Assembly (NCBI GenBank): GCA_041586955.1
Contig: JBFGZE010000002.1
Span: forward strand, 1 to 64,000
Source: Bacteriovoracaceae bacterium
GTDB taxonomy: Bacteria > Bdellovibrionota > Bacteriovoracia > Bacteriovoracales > Bacteriovoracaceae
Reading direction: 5' to 3'
Length of the DNA stretch: 64,000 nucleotides
Below, one piece after another: positions 30,199 to 39,524 of this stretch (position 1 is the stretch's first letter; the number at the start of each line of letters is the position of its first letter). The notes under the pieces are model-generated. The model made no database searches, was not told where the DNA came from, and was given only the letters and a program-made list of their open reading frames with translations. The position numbers and the translations under genes are program-made.

Positions 30199-30693
30199 AT
30201 GGAAATGGTATTAGGACTTATACCAGAAAAATATCGGGCAACCGCGATGGTTCGCCTGTTTGGGCTTTTTAAAATACCCCTCCTCTTTTTTATTCGACCT
30301 AAGGTTCTTCATATGGATGATGAGAGGGTGGAAGTGCTCATCCCTTTTAATAGACGAACAAAAAATCACCTGAATTCTATGTATTTTGGCGTACTTTGCG
30401 CAGGAGCAGACCTTGCCGGAGGTCTATTGGCCATGCACCATTGTCAAAAGAAGGGTGGCAAAATTTCTCTTAGTTTTAAAGATTTTCATGCAGACTTCCT
30501 TAAAAGGGCCCATGGGGATGTCATTTTTCGCAATGAAGATGGTGCTGAAATTAAAAAATTTGTAGAGGAAGTTTTGGTAAGCGGTGAGCGAGGAAACCGG
30601 GAGGTTAATGTTGTGGCCACTTGTCCGGAGGAACTTGGTGATACACCAGTGGCCACATTTACTTTAACACTTAGTCTAAAGGTGAAGGCCTAA
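30199..30693 (+). CDS. DUF4442/PaaI-like hotdog-fold thioesterase
   Basis: RRTKNHLNSMYFG, FLKRA. Confidence 0.85.
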   Translation: MEMVLGLIPEKYRATAMVRLFGLFKIPLLFFIRPKVLHMDDERVEVLIPFNRRTKNHLNSMYFGVLCAGADLAGGLLAMHHCQKKGGKISLSFKDFHADFLKRAHGDVIFRNEDGAEIKKFVEEVLVSGERGNREVNVVATCPEELGDTPVATFTLTLSLKVKA

Positions 30694-31050
30694 TTTTAAT
30701 TTTTTCAAAATATCTTGGTCAGTGTCAGATTTATCGAACTTGTCGGCCTGAACACTACCCCAGTCTTCTGAACCTTTATCCAGGCATTGGTTCATACGCA
30801 CGAGAAGATAAGACGTTTGGGGGTATTCTACTTCCACTAATTCAAAAATGCCGTCTTCACAGCCGCTCATTGTAAAATGAACGTTCGATAATACGATTTT
30901 TTCTCGGCCAGATAAGATATAGGCCTTGGTGCCCTCGTTATGCTCGAGGATGATTAATTCGCCTCGAACTTCAACTATAGATAAATCATTTCCCCAAGCT
31001 GGAGTGAGGAGAGCACATAAAATGGCAAAGGTAAGAATTAAGTTTTTCAT
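30676..31050 (-). CDS. Secreted hypothetical protein
   Basis: AGGA RBS, signal peptide. Confidence 0.6.
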   Translation of the reverse strand: MKNLILTFAILCALLTPAWGNDLSIVEVRGELIILEHNEGTKAYILSGREKIVLSNVHFTMSGCEDGIFELVEVEYPQTSYLLVRMNQCLDKGSEDWGSVQADKFDKSDTDQDILKKLKLGLHL

Positions 31051-31176
31051 GGTTATTTCCTGTTTATTTTTAAGTTTTTAATTTCGCCGCACAATAAGTA
31101 ATATTGGTAATTAGTGCAAATTATATTTACCTATAGTAGATGATAAGCTAGGCTTATGACTAAGGAAGGGCCAATT

Positions 31177-32088
31177 ATGCTTATTGATTCATTTAATTTA
31201 GGGCTGTTACGGGTATTTGAAAGTGTCTATCGCCATGGGTCCATGTCGCAGGCAGGCCGGGAGTTATTCATGACCCAGCCTGCGATCAGTCAAAATATCA
31301 AAAACCTCGAAGCAACATTGCAGGTTAGGCTATTCGATCGCGTAAAGCAGGGCCTGATTCCCACTCACTTTGCCCAAGAGCTCTACCTTGGTATTGGCCC
31401 CAATTTGATGGAGATTGAAGAATGCCTCAACCGTGTCACCGGAGTGCAAACAGAGCTCAAGGGGAAGGTTAATATCGGCCTGCCGGCGGAGTTTGGTAAT
31501 AATATCATTTTGCCTATTCTCGCGGAATGGTCTCGTGAGCATCCTGAGATCCAATTGATGATTGATTATGGTTTGGCGTTGGAACATATTAAGGCGGTGG
31601 GAACAGGGGATTTGGACTTTGCCTTTGTTGATGAATTTGATGTCTATACCAATGTTACCACCCGGCCGATCCGCAATGAAACCTTACTTCTTTGTGGAAC
31701 CAAAAAATACCTCAAAGGGAAAAATATTAAGGACCAGTTTTCCTTTTATGAAAACTTGGACTTTATCACTTACGTTGATAACGCAATTATTGTGCGCCAA
31801 TGGTTTCAACACCACTTTAAGCGCCATCCGCATCACCTCAATATTAAGGCGACACTACAGGACGTACAGGGTGTGGCGCGAATGGTAGTGAACCACGCAG
31901 GAGTTGGCATTTTACCATTACATGTAATTGAAAACTTTGGTCAATCAGTGAAAGAGATCGTCATTTTTCGGGAAGAAAAAAAACCCCTAATTAATTCTAT
32001 CTCGATTGCTCATTTAAAAGAGAGAACTCTTAGTCGACAGGCCGAGTTGACCATGAATGCCCTCGTTGAGCATTTAATCGCTGAATAA
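31177..32088 (+). CDS. LysR-family transcriptional regulator
   Basis: HTH GSMSQAGRELFMTQPAISQNIKNLE...LFDR. Confidence 0.95.
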   Translation: MLIDSFNLGLLRVFESVYRHGSMSQAGRELFMTQPAISQNIKNLEATLQVRLFDRVKQGLIPTHFAQELYLGIGPNLMEIEECLNRVTGVQTELKGKVNIGLPAEFGNNIILPILAEWSREHPEIQLMIDYGLALEHIKAVGTGDLDFAFVDEFDVYTNVTTRPIRNETLLLCGTKKYLKGKNIKDQFSFYENLDFITYVDNAIIVRQWFQHHFKRHPHHLNIKATLQDVQGVARMVVNHAGVGILPLHVIENFGQSVKEIVIFREEKKPLINSISIAHLKERTLSRQAELTMNALVEHLIAE

Positions 32089-32125
32089 TCTTGGGATGAA
32101 TCCCCGGCCGCAATTCTTTGAAGAA

Positions 32126-32740
32126 TTAATTACAGTTTCGCGCCCCAAGCTCAAAGAAATGTTTGCGAAGGCCGAAGATATTCGTGCTATCAATAAGGTT
32201 TATTAATTCCGGATTGTCAGGAATGAATTCATATAATAATTGCTCCATGGCGAATTGAATGGACTGCATGCCGATATATAATTCTTGATAGAAGGTCATA
32301 TCAAATTCATTAAAGGCAGGAATGAGATCTATAACATCCGCATGATTTTCACAGCAGGAACAACCTGGGCATTGGCCATTGCTTTGTATGAATTGCAAGT
32401 GCTCATGGGTTTGTTGCCATAATAATTGTTCACGCTCTTCCTGATGTTTCCCAAAATTATCAATAAGCTGTAAGGCCAAGTCAGGATTCGATGCTAAAGA
32501 TAGCAGCATTTGCTCGTAGACTGTCGCATAGAGGGAGCTGAAGATAGCATCTTCGACAAAGGCGTAAAAGACTTCCTCTTTATCTGGGCATTCCAGAATC
32601 AGGTCCCGACCATTTTTCGCTAAACAAGGGGGGGAATCTGAATCGTTTTGGTAAGGTTTAAAAAGGGCAACCAATGGATTATCAGGTTGACCTGACTTCT
32701 TGGCCTTAAATTGTCCTAAGAATTTATTAAGAAAAGCCAT
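32126..32740 (-). CDS. Hypothetical protein with a CxxCxCCxxH motif
   Basis: AGGAGG RBS before ATG at 32740; CPGCSCCENH. Confidence 0.7.
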   Translation of the reverse strand: MAFLNKFLGQFKAKKSGQPDNPLVALFKPYQNDSDSPPCLAKNGRDLILECPDKEEVFYAFVEDAIFSSLYATVYEQMLLSLASNPDLALQLIDNFGKHQEEREQLLWQQTHEHLQFIQSNGQCPGCSCCENHADVIDLIPAFNEFDMTFYQELYIGMQSIQFAMEQLLYEFIPDNPELINLIDSTNIFGLRKHFFELGARNCN

Positions 32741-32805
32741 TTCGGACCTCCTTGTCCGCATTCCACTATACTCTTAATGCTAACATAAATATTTTAGAGG
32801 CGCGA

Positions 32806-33846
32806 CTAAGGGCAAGGATTGGGAATATCTTCATGGATTTTATCAATTTCTTGTTCTAGTTCGGGAGTAATTGTCCGATCAATACTGTTGATATTTTCTT
32901 CTAGTTGCTGAAGAGTTGTGGCACCAATGATATTGCTTGTGACAAAGGGACGGCCAGTGACATAGGCAAGTGCCAATTGTGCAGGTGTCATGTCAAAATC
33001 TTTGGCCAATTGGCAATACTTTTCGATTGCCTGGACCCCCCGTTTATTACTATAGCGGTCAAAACGTTTCCAACGGGTGAGGCGTGCACCTTCTGGGAAT
33101 TGTCCATCCAAATATTTACCTGAGAGGGCGCCAAAGGCCATGGGGCTATAAGCGAGTAAACCTAAATTTTCCCGATGGGCGATTTCAGCGAGACCGATTT
33201 CAAAAGTACGATTGAGAAGATTATAGGGGTTTTGGATACTCATCATACGTGGCCAATTATTTTTTTCCGCAGCGTTGAGGTATCTCATGGCGCCCCAGGG
33301 AGTTTCATTAGAAAGTCCAAATGCTCTTACTTTGCCTGACTTTTGTAAATCCGCTAAAACTTGAAGGGTTTCCTCCATCGGCGTATAGGAATCATTCTCC
33401 TGGTGGTTATATCCTCTTTGCCCAAAGAAGTTAGTATTCCGATCTGGCCAATGTAATTGATAAAGATCGATATAATCAACACCTAAGCGTTTAAGTGAGC
33501 CTTCGATCGCTGTTTCAATATGGACGCGGTTGAGCTTTGGTTTGCCATCTCGGATATAATGAGTGAATTCCATTGGGCCAACAACTTTTGTGGCGAGAAT
33601 GATTTGATCACGATGGGTTTTTAATTTATTCCAGCGGCCAATATACTGCTCTGTCAGAGTATAGGTCGTCGGCCTGGGAGGCACGGGGTACATTTCCGCC
33701 GTGTCGATGAAATTAATACCTCTTTCATACGCATAGTCCAATTGTTGATGAGCTTCGACTTCACTATTTTGCTCACCAAAAGTCATGGTTCCCAAGGTAA
33801 GGGCACTCACATGCATATCAGTCGTTCCCAATCTTCTTTTTTCCAC
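32806..33846 (-). CDS. tas: NADP(H)-dependent aldo-keto reductase, Tas-like
   Basis: LGTMTFGEQN, DTAEMYPVP, DLYQLHWPDR, GLSNETPWG. Confidence 0.9.
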   Translation of the reverse strand: MEKRRLGTTDMHVSALTLGTMTFGEQNSEVEAHQQLDYAYERGINFIDTAEMYPVPPRPTTYTLTEQYIGRWNKLKTHRDQIILATKVVGPMEFTHYIRDGKPKLNRVHIETAIEGSLKRLGVDYIDLYQLHWPDRNTNFFGQRGYNHQENDSYTPMEETLQVLADLQKSGKVRAFGLSNETPWGAMRYLNAAEKNNWPRMMSIQNPYNLLNRTFEIGLAEIAHRENLGLLAYSPMAFGALSGKYLDGQFPEGARLTRWKRFDRYSNKRGVQAIEKYCQLAKDFDMTPAQLALAYVTGRPFVTSNIIGATTLQQLEENINSIDRTITPELEQEIDKIHEDIPNPCP

Positions 33847-33864
33847 GGAGGATCTCTCTTGTGA

Positions 33865-34566
33865 TTATTGTTGCTTTAAGATGGCCTCTAATTCTAATTG
33901 CGTATGCTTTTTTATATGGTGGAAAATATAAAAGAGAATCGCCACCATCATGACCATCATTGGTAAAGAGATGACAGGAAAGCTCAGGGCAGTCATCTTG
34001 CCAAGGGATTCATTAAACTCGACGGAGCCCGGCCGACCTTGGAGAATGGTTTCCGCCAAATAAAAATTAAGGGCCGCGGATATAAAAAAGGTCGATCCTA
34101 ACAACCAGGAAGAGCGATGAAGTAAAGGATTGAGGCCATTACTATTACCAACCTTGCGGTATTCTTCTTCAATCATTGCCAGATTAATCATTTGGTCGAA
34201 AAATAATTTAACAAGGGGATAATTGGTATATTGACTGGCGATAACCACGATCCCCATTATAAAAGGAATTGCAGTTTCTTTGAGAACCATCCATTGTTTA
34301 TCAAGGCTTAAAAGGCCAATACCACCAGTAAGGACTACCGAAAGTAACCCCAAAAGAGAGAATACGTTCTTTCTCTTTTTTGCCAGTAATTCGTAAAGCC
34401 CATAACCAATAGGGAGGCTCAAGGCAACGATAAGTCCCATTACCTGCCCTAGGTATTCTGGCTTGGAGAACTTCGTCAGAATGAGAGAGGGGAGAATAAT
34501 ATTGATACCAATGTTAAGGAGAGGGTTTTCTCCTTTTTTTTGGGACGTCGTAGGCATTTCATTCAT
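33865..34566 (-). CDS. VC0807-family membrane protein
   Basis: NIILPSLILTK, LTGGIGLL, KETAIP, FNESLGKMTALSFPVI. Confidence 0.8.
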   Translation of the reverse strand: MNEMPTTSQKKGENPLLNIGINIILPSLILTKFSKPEYLGQVMGLIVALSLPIGYGLYELLAKKRKNVFSLLGLLSVVLTGGIGLLSLDKQWMVLKETAIPFIMGIVVIASQYTNYPLVKLFFDQMINLAMIEEEYRKVGNSNGLNPLLHRSSWLLGSTFFISAALNFYLAETILQGRPGSVEFNESLGKMTALSFPVISLPMMVMMVAILFYIFHHIKKHTQLELEAILKQQ

Positions 34567-34688
34567 TGAGCTTTATTCCTTCCAACAATTACTTACACAT
34601 ACATGTTTTTATTTGTCGATTAATTTCAATTTAGATAGTTTAATAAAAACGGAATTTTACGACAACCAGAATATCAAGGATGATAATT

Positions 34689-35951
34689 ATGAAGACCTCC
34701 TCCCTTATGGCCTGCGCAATGACTCTTGTGGTCAATCCACTGTTTGCAGGAAGTTACATCGTTAAATTTAAGTCAATCGCGGAAATGGAAAGTTTTAGTC
34801 GTGAAAAGGCGGGCCCAGAAATGGAAGTCTTGACAAAAACAATTGGCGCTTTTGGTAAAGTTGACAATACCGATAAGTCAGACCTTTCGTTTCTGGCCAA
34901 GCATCCGGGAGTCGAATACATCGAAGAGAATAAAATTTATAAGGCGTTTCCGGTCATTGAAAATGAGATGGCAGAAAAGAGCGTCGATGATAATTATTTT
35001 GAGAAGCAATGGGGACTACAGAATAATGGCCGCAATAGTGGTGGCTGGTTTTCTTCTGGCAGAGCTGGTGAAGATATCAGCGCCCTTAACGCTTGGAACA
35101 CAACTACTGGTTCCAATGATCTGATCGTTGCGGTGATTGACACGGGAGTCGATTATAATCATTCAGACCTTAAAGATAATATGCTCGCGAACCTTGCTGA
35201 ACTTAATGGTAAACCAGGTATCGATGATGATGGTAATGGGTTTGTTGACGATGTTTATGGTTATGATTTTGCCAATAACGATGGTGATCCTATGGATGGT
35301 AACGGGCATGGAACACATTGTGCAGGCGTTATCGGTGCTTCACACAATTCAAATGGTATTCGTGGAGTTCTTGGTAATGTTAAAATGATTGGTGTTAAAT
35401 TTCTTTCCGATAATGGATCTGGGAAAACTGAGGATGCAATCAAGGCCATTGATTATGCCATCTCTCGTGGCGCTAAAGTACTTTCCAATTCTTGGGGGGG
35501 AGGTGAGTACTCTAAGGCCTTAGAAGATGCCATCCGTGCTGCTAATGCTCAAGGAGTGATTTTTGTCGCTGCCGCAGGTAATAGCTCGGTCAATAATGAC
35601 ACTCGCAATACTTACCCGGCCAATTATCAAATTGATAATGTCATCTCTGTTGGTTCTTTTAACGGTAAAGGAAACCGCTCAGGCTTTAGTAATTATGGAG
35701 AAAAAAATGTCCACGTTTTTGCTCCTGGCAGCAGAATTTACTCAACTTATCCAGGAGACCGTTATAAGAATCTTTCTGGAACCTCCATGGCGGCACCATT
35801 TGTTTCAGGAGCAATTGGGCTTCTTCTTTCCCAAACAAATATGACCCCTCTTGAAGTGCGCGAAAAAGTCACGCAAAGTGCAGTAAAAACATCACGACTG
35901 GAAGGCCTTTCTCGTTCCGGGCGTATCAATGCCGAAGAGCTTTTAAAATAA
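34689..35951 (+). CDS. Secreted S8 subtilisin-like serine protease
   Basis: Triad motifs VIDTG, HGTHCAG, GTSMA; I9-like propeptide. Confidence 0.97.
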   Translation: MKTSSLMACAMTLVVNPLFAGSYIVKFKSIAEMESFSREKAGPEMEVLTKTIGAFGKVDNTDKSDLSFLAKHPGVEYIEENKIYKAFPVIENEMAEKSVDDNYFEKQWGLQNNGRNSGGWFSSGRAGEDISALNAWNTTTGSNDLIVAVIDTGVDYNHSDLKDNMLANLAELNGKPGIDDDGNGFVDDVYGYDFANNDGDPMDGNGHGTHCAGVIGASHNSNGIRGVLGNVKMIGVKFLSDNGSGKTEDAIKAIDYAISRGAKVLSNSWGGGEYSKALEDAIRAANAQGVIFVAAAGNSSVNNDTRNTYPANYQIDNVISVGSFNGKGNRSGFSNYGEKNVHVFAPGSRIYSTYPGDRYKNLSGTSMAAPFVSGAIGLLLSQTNMTPLEVREKVTQSAVKTSRLEGLSRSGRINAEELLK

Positions 35952-35975
35952 AAGTAAATTAAAATTTAGAATTTT

Positions 35976-36006
35976 AAAGGCCCCTATATGAAGGGGCCTT
36001 TTTATT
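35976..36006 (+). terminator. Rho-independent terminator, likely bidirectional
   Basis: AAAGGCCCCT-atatga-AGGGGCCTTT plus a T-tract. Confidence 0.85.
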
Positions 36007-36032
36007 CCTTCTAATTGTGTTCCTCACTGCGC

Positions 36033-38051
36033 CTAACCACAAGAGGCCTTTCTTCCTTTTTGTAAAGAGCTTTCAATGACTTCTTTAAGTCTTTTGGGCC
36101 CCCATTTAGCACTACTTAGTTTTAAAAAGACTTTATCCCTAATTGATGGATCTATTTTTGATAAATATAATAAAAAATCATCAATATTTTTTCCTCCAGT
36201 GGGACCCATCAAGTTTCCACTTTCGGCCAGGAGTTTACCCACATGAGGCCCATTAAAGAGTTTATAGGTCTTCGTTAGGTTTTTGAGTTCAGTTATAGAC
36301 AAAGATTTCTTGGCCATTTTTGGGCCCGATGCGATCGTCTGCCGCGCGGATGAAGCAACGCTCTTTAAGGCGCCTAAATCCGCCACCGAAAAACCGAGAC
36401 TGATTGCTGCTTTTAAGCGAGTTTCCTTAAATTCAGTAAGAGCTTCTCTTGCCTCAGTAATACTATGAGAATCAGAGTTACCACTAAGATAGGCGCTTTC
36501 AATATCTCTCATATTCTTATAGGTGTTGATCGTTTTATGGCCTAAATGAGCTGTTTCTATTCCACCAACCACAGCACCAGAGATGAGAGACACGGTTGTA
36601 TAGGTACTCAGTGATTTGACTAATCCCGCCGTCGCTGCTGTGCCAGCTGATTTTAAAATTAACCCCTTTCCAATTAAGGCACCGGCCAAGGCAGTACCAC
36701 CAGAAAGAACAACGACACCTACAGCGGCGCCAACCATTAGACCGCCCCATAGCCAGACTTCTCTCTTTTTTGCCGATTTTTGTTGCTGTTCTATTTCCTT
36801 GATCTCATGGCAAACCAGAGAGGAATAAGACGGATCTTGTAATAAAACCTGTCCCACAGCAGCAGGATTGGTTAAGAGAAGGGATTTTATGCTATTTTCT
36901 GTTTTTTTAGAGCGTCTATTTCCCCGGGAGCTCCCCATTTTATTTAGTTTTCCAACCTGCTCTTTAATTTTTGTTAAGATTTCATTTTTAGCTTGTTCTA
37001 CATCACTAGCTTGAATACTTTTCTGATGACGTTTGAAGGTAAAAAAAGTATTTTTTTTATTTTTATGTTCAATGAGATCCCTATCCTCCAGTTGCCTCAT
37101 ACCTCCGGCCTTTTTTTTCATATGATCAGTTAGAAGAAGTATACCCGGTCCAGAGCTGGCTTCATGAATATAGGACTGTATGTATTCATTGGCCTTTTTT
37201 TGATTGAGATCATTTTTTTTGACATCACTAGAATCCCATATTTTTGTTTTCACCCAACCTTGGTCTGCTTCAAATTCTAAATTTTTTAATTTTGTATTTA
37301 ATCGACCAAGTTTATTGTTGATGTCATCTGAGACGTCAGAGTAGTTGGAGAACTTCTTTTTGAGGGATAGATTAAGCGCCGCTTCGGACTGCATAATTTT
37401 TTTTAATTTGTTTTTAAATTTAGGCAGGCACCCTTTGGAGCAAAAATCATTCACCGCACTTATTAATTGGGAATCATTTAACTTTCCATTTACTGCAAAA
37501 TCTTTTTCAAATTGATAGCGAGTACTAGTATAGGATTTCGCTGCATTCTCATAGGATTTCTCTAATAATTTATTGAGAAACATTTTACTTTTCTTTTTTC
37601 TTTCTGAGCGGGACATTCTATCAATAATGTCTATTTTGTCCTCTAGTTGCGCAATAACATTGTTAAAAGCTCTAGGCCCATACTGGCGCTGGTTACATGT
37701 GATTGTGATTTCTTTTGTTTCAAATGCCGACGTTAAAATTCTCGCTGTTAATTGGTCATTGGATTGGTCACTCTCGCATTTTTTAAGGACACTTTTTATC
37801 TGATGATAATTGTGTAAACGTTGTTGACTTTGAAGCAATTGTTTTCCTTCTACTGTATTTAAAGACTCTCTATTCCTAGGATTATTTATATATTGATTGG
37901 TATTATCTAAAATCGTTGGGCCAATTGTTTCAAATAGGTGTTCAGCTCCCGCTCCTTGCATCCACATATGTTGATTGAGCAACTCGCTGATCTCATTTCC
38001 ATAAATAGAAGTAAAAGCAAAAAATAATAATATAGTTAGTGACTTCTTCAT
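36033..38051 (-). CDS. Large secreted hypothetical protein with a Gly/Ala-rich hydrophobic hairpin
   Basis: Signal peptide; VWLWGGLMVGAAVGVVVLSGGTALAGALIG...GAVVGG. Confidence 0.7.
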   Translation of the reverse strand: MKKSLTILLFFAFTSIYGNEISELLNQHMWMQGAGAEHLFETIGPTILDNTNQYINNPRNRESLNTVEGKQLLQSQQRLHNYHQIKSVLKKCESDQSNDQLTARILTSAFETKEITITCNQRQYGPRAFNNVIAQLEDKIDIIDRMSRSERKKKSKMFLNKLLEKSYENAAKSYTSTRYQFEKDFAVNGKLNDSQLISAVNDFCSKGCLPKFKNKLKKIMQSEAALNLSLKKKFSNYSDVSDDINNKLGRLNTKLKNLEFEADQGWVKTKIWDSSDVKKNDLNQKKANEYIQSYIHEASSGPGILLLTDHMKKKAGGMRQLEDRDLIEHKNKKNTFFTFKRHQKSIQASDVEQAKNEILTKIKEQVGKLNKMGSSRGNRRSKKTENSIKSLLLTNPAAVGQVLLQDPSYSSLVCHEIKEIEQQQKSAKKREVWLWGGLMVGAAVGVVVLSGGTALAGALIGKGLILKSAGTAATAGLVKSLSTYTTVSLISGAVVGGIETAHLGHKTINTYKNMRDIESAYLSGNSDSHSITEAREALTEFKETRLKAAISLGFSVADLGALKSVASSARQTIASGPKMAKKSLSITELKNLTKTYKLFNGPHVGKLLAESGNLMGPTGGKNIDDFLLYLSKIDPSIRDKVFLKLSSAKWGPKRLKEVIESSLQKGRKASCG

Positions 38052-38052
38052 A

Positions 38053-39312
38053 TTAATTAATCAAGTTCCTGAGAAGACTGGCCTCAAAACATTTCAATTT
38101 AAATGCACTTTTTGGTTGAGGTATTTTTAAAGAGTTATTTTTTACAGCTTTTGGAAGTCGAACATTTGAAGATGGACTCAACATACTTGCTCTGTTTTTA
38201 TTAATCTGTTGAAGAATTTTTTTACCTATTTTCTTGTTTGGGTGAATCAATTCTTTAACTTCATCGATTCTTTCAAGGTAGATGACTTCTTTTATTCTTT
38301 CCAAAGGAGGGAAGTTTAACGATCTCTTTCCTTTTTGCACCATGGGAATTAATTCATATTTTCTAATAGGGTCAAGGGTATGATGATCAATGCCAATTTG
38401 CTTGAGAGATTCAAAAAAATTCTTGGTCGCTTTATGGACTTCTGTGTAGTGGTTAGTGAGGTTTGAGTAATTTTCTTCCAGATGAAATCTCATGACATTA
38501 ATATTGCTATTAATATTTCCTTTTTTTATAGCTTCTCCTGCTTTGAAGGTATACTCGCTACCTCGAACCATTTTTTTTCCAAATTCAAGTGGGCTGACAT
38601 GATTACCCCACCTCTCTGTTTTATCGACAATTTTTTCCATTTCAAGAGCAAGGTTTTTAACCCAATCACCTCTTAGGGCCATGGGTAATTTGGAATTATC
38701 AGATAAGAAAGTACGTCCCACATGATCATCGACCTTATTAAAGAGGTTGACGGTCTTTCTCGCTTTTAATTTCATTTCTGCAGAGTTTGCAACTTCGTTA
38801 AAATTCTTACCAAAGTCATCTGCCAAGTGTTCAATGATTAATTTCTTTTTTTTTCTGACCCCATTCTTATTGGTGAAAGATTCGGATTCTTTTAAATAAG
38901 TGCTCTGTTTTTTTAAAAATTTTGTTGAAGTATCGACTTTCCCGGCGTCGTGTAAATCTAAAAAATTAGATATATGATTACGCAATTGTATTCTAAGGTT
39001 TTTATCTTTCCAGACATCTTCAGGTATATTCAACGATTTTCTCAATTCCTTTCCAGAAATTGCGGGTTTATTATTAATTAGATCTGCAGGAATTCCATTT
39101 GCCAGGTAATTATCAAAGACTTCTCTAAAGAGAAGAATATTATTATTTATATGGTTATTCATATGAATAATAAAATTCTCCACATTCCAGTTTTTTATAT
39201 ATGGTTTTAGGCGTGGATCCACATCTTTCGGCACATTTAATGAAAAAGCATTTCCAATAAATTGGTATGAAACGAATAGGACAAATAGAGTGTTTAAAAA
39301 TGACAATTTCAT
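38053..39312 (-). CDS. Secreted HD-motif hypothetical protein
   Basis: Signal peptide; HMNNH...LHDAGK...IVD. Confidence 0.65.
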   Translation of the reverse strand: MKLSFLNTLFVLFVSYQFIGNAFSLNVPKDVDPRLKPYIKNWNVENFIIHMNNHINNNILLFREVFDNYLANGIPADLINNKPAISGKELRKSLNIPEDVWKDKNLRIQLRNHISNFLDLHDAGKVDTSTKFLKKQSTYLKESESFTNKNGVRKKKKLIIEHLADDFGKNFNEVANSAEMKLKARKTVNLFNKVDDHVGRTFLSDNSKLPMALRGDWVKNLALEMEKIVDKTERWGNHVSPLEFGKKMVRGSEYTFKAGEAIKKGNINSNINVMRFHLEENYSNLTNHYTEVHKATKNFFESLKQIGIDHHTLDPIRKYELIPMVQKGKRSLNFPPLERIKEVIYLERIDEVKELIHPNKKIGKKILQQINKNRASMLSPSSNVRLPKAVKNNSLKIPQPKSAFKLKCFEASLLRNLIN

Positions 39313-39524
39313 TAAATACTATTCGGCTTTCTAATTAATAACATTAATGAAGTTGAGTTGTAATTACAGGTGGTTATCTAGCCGTGGATGCGGGGTACAA
39401 TCTCCTCAATCAAAGAGCAAATTAAGTTGATAAAAATCATCATATTTTATTCACACTCAGTTAGCTTACTGACAGAAACCAGATGAGGGGGAAGGGATTG
39501 TGCTGGTTCGCCCCAGCTTTTGTT

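Noticed and set aside
36033..39312. Mobile element or prophage remnant
   Set aside because: No integrase, transposase, tRNA or flanking direct repeats seen
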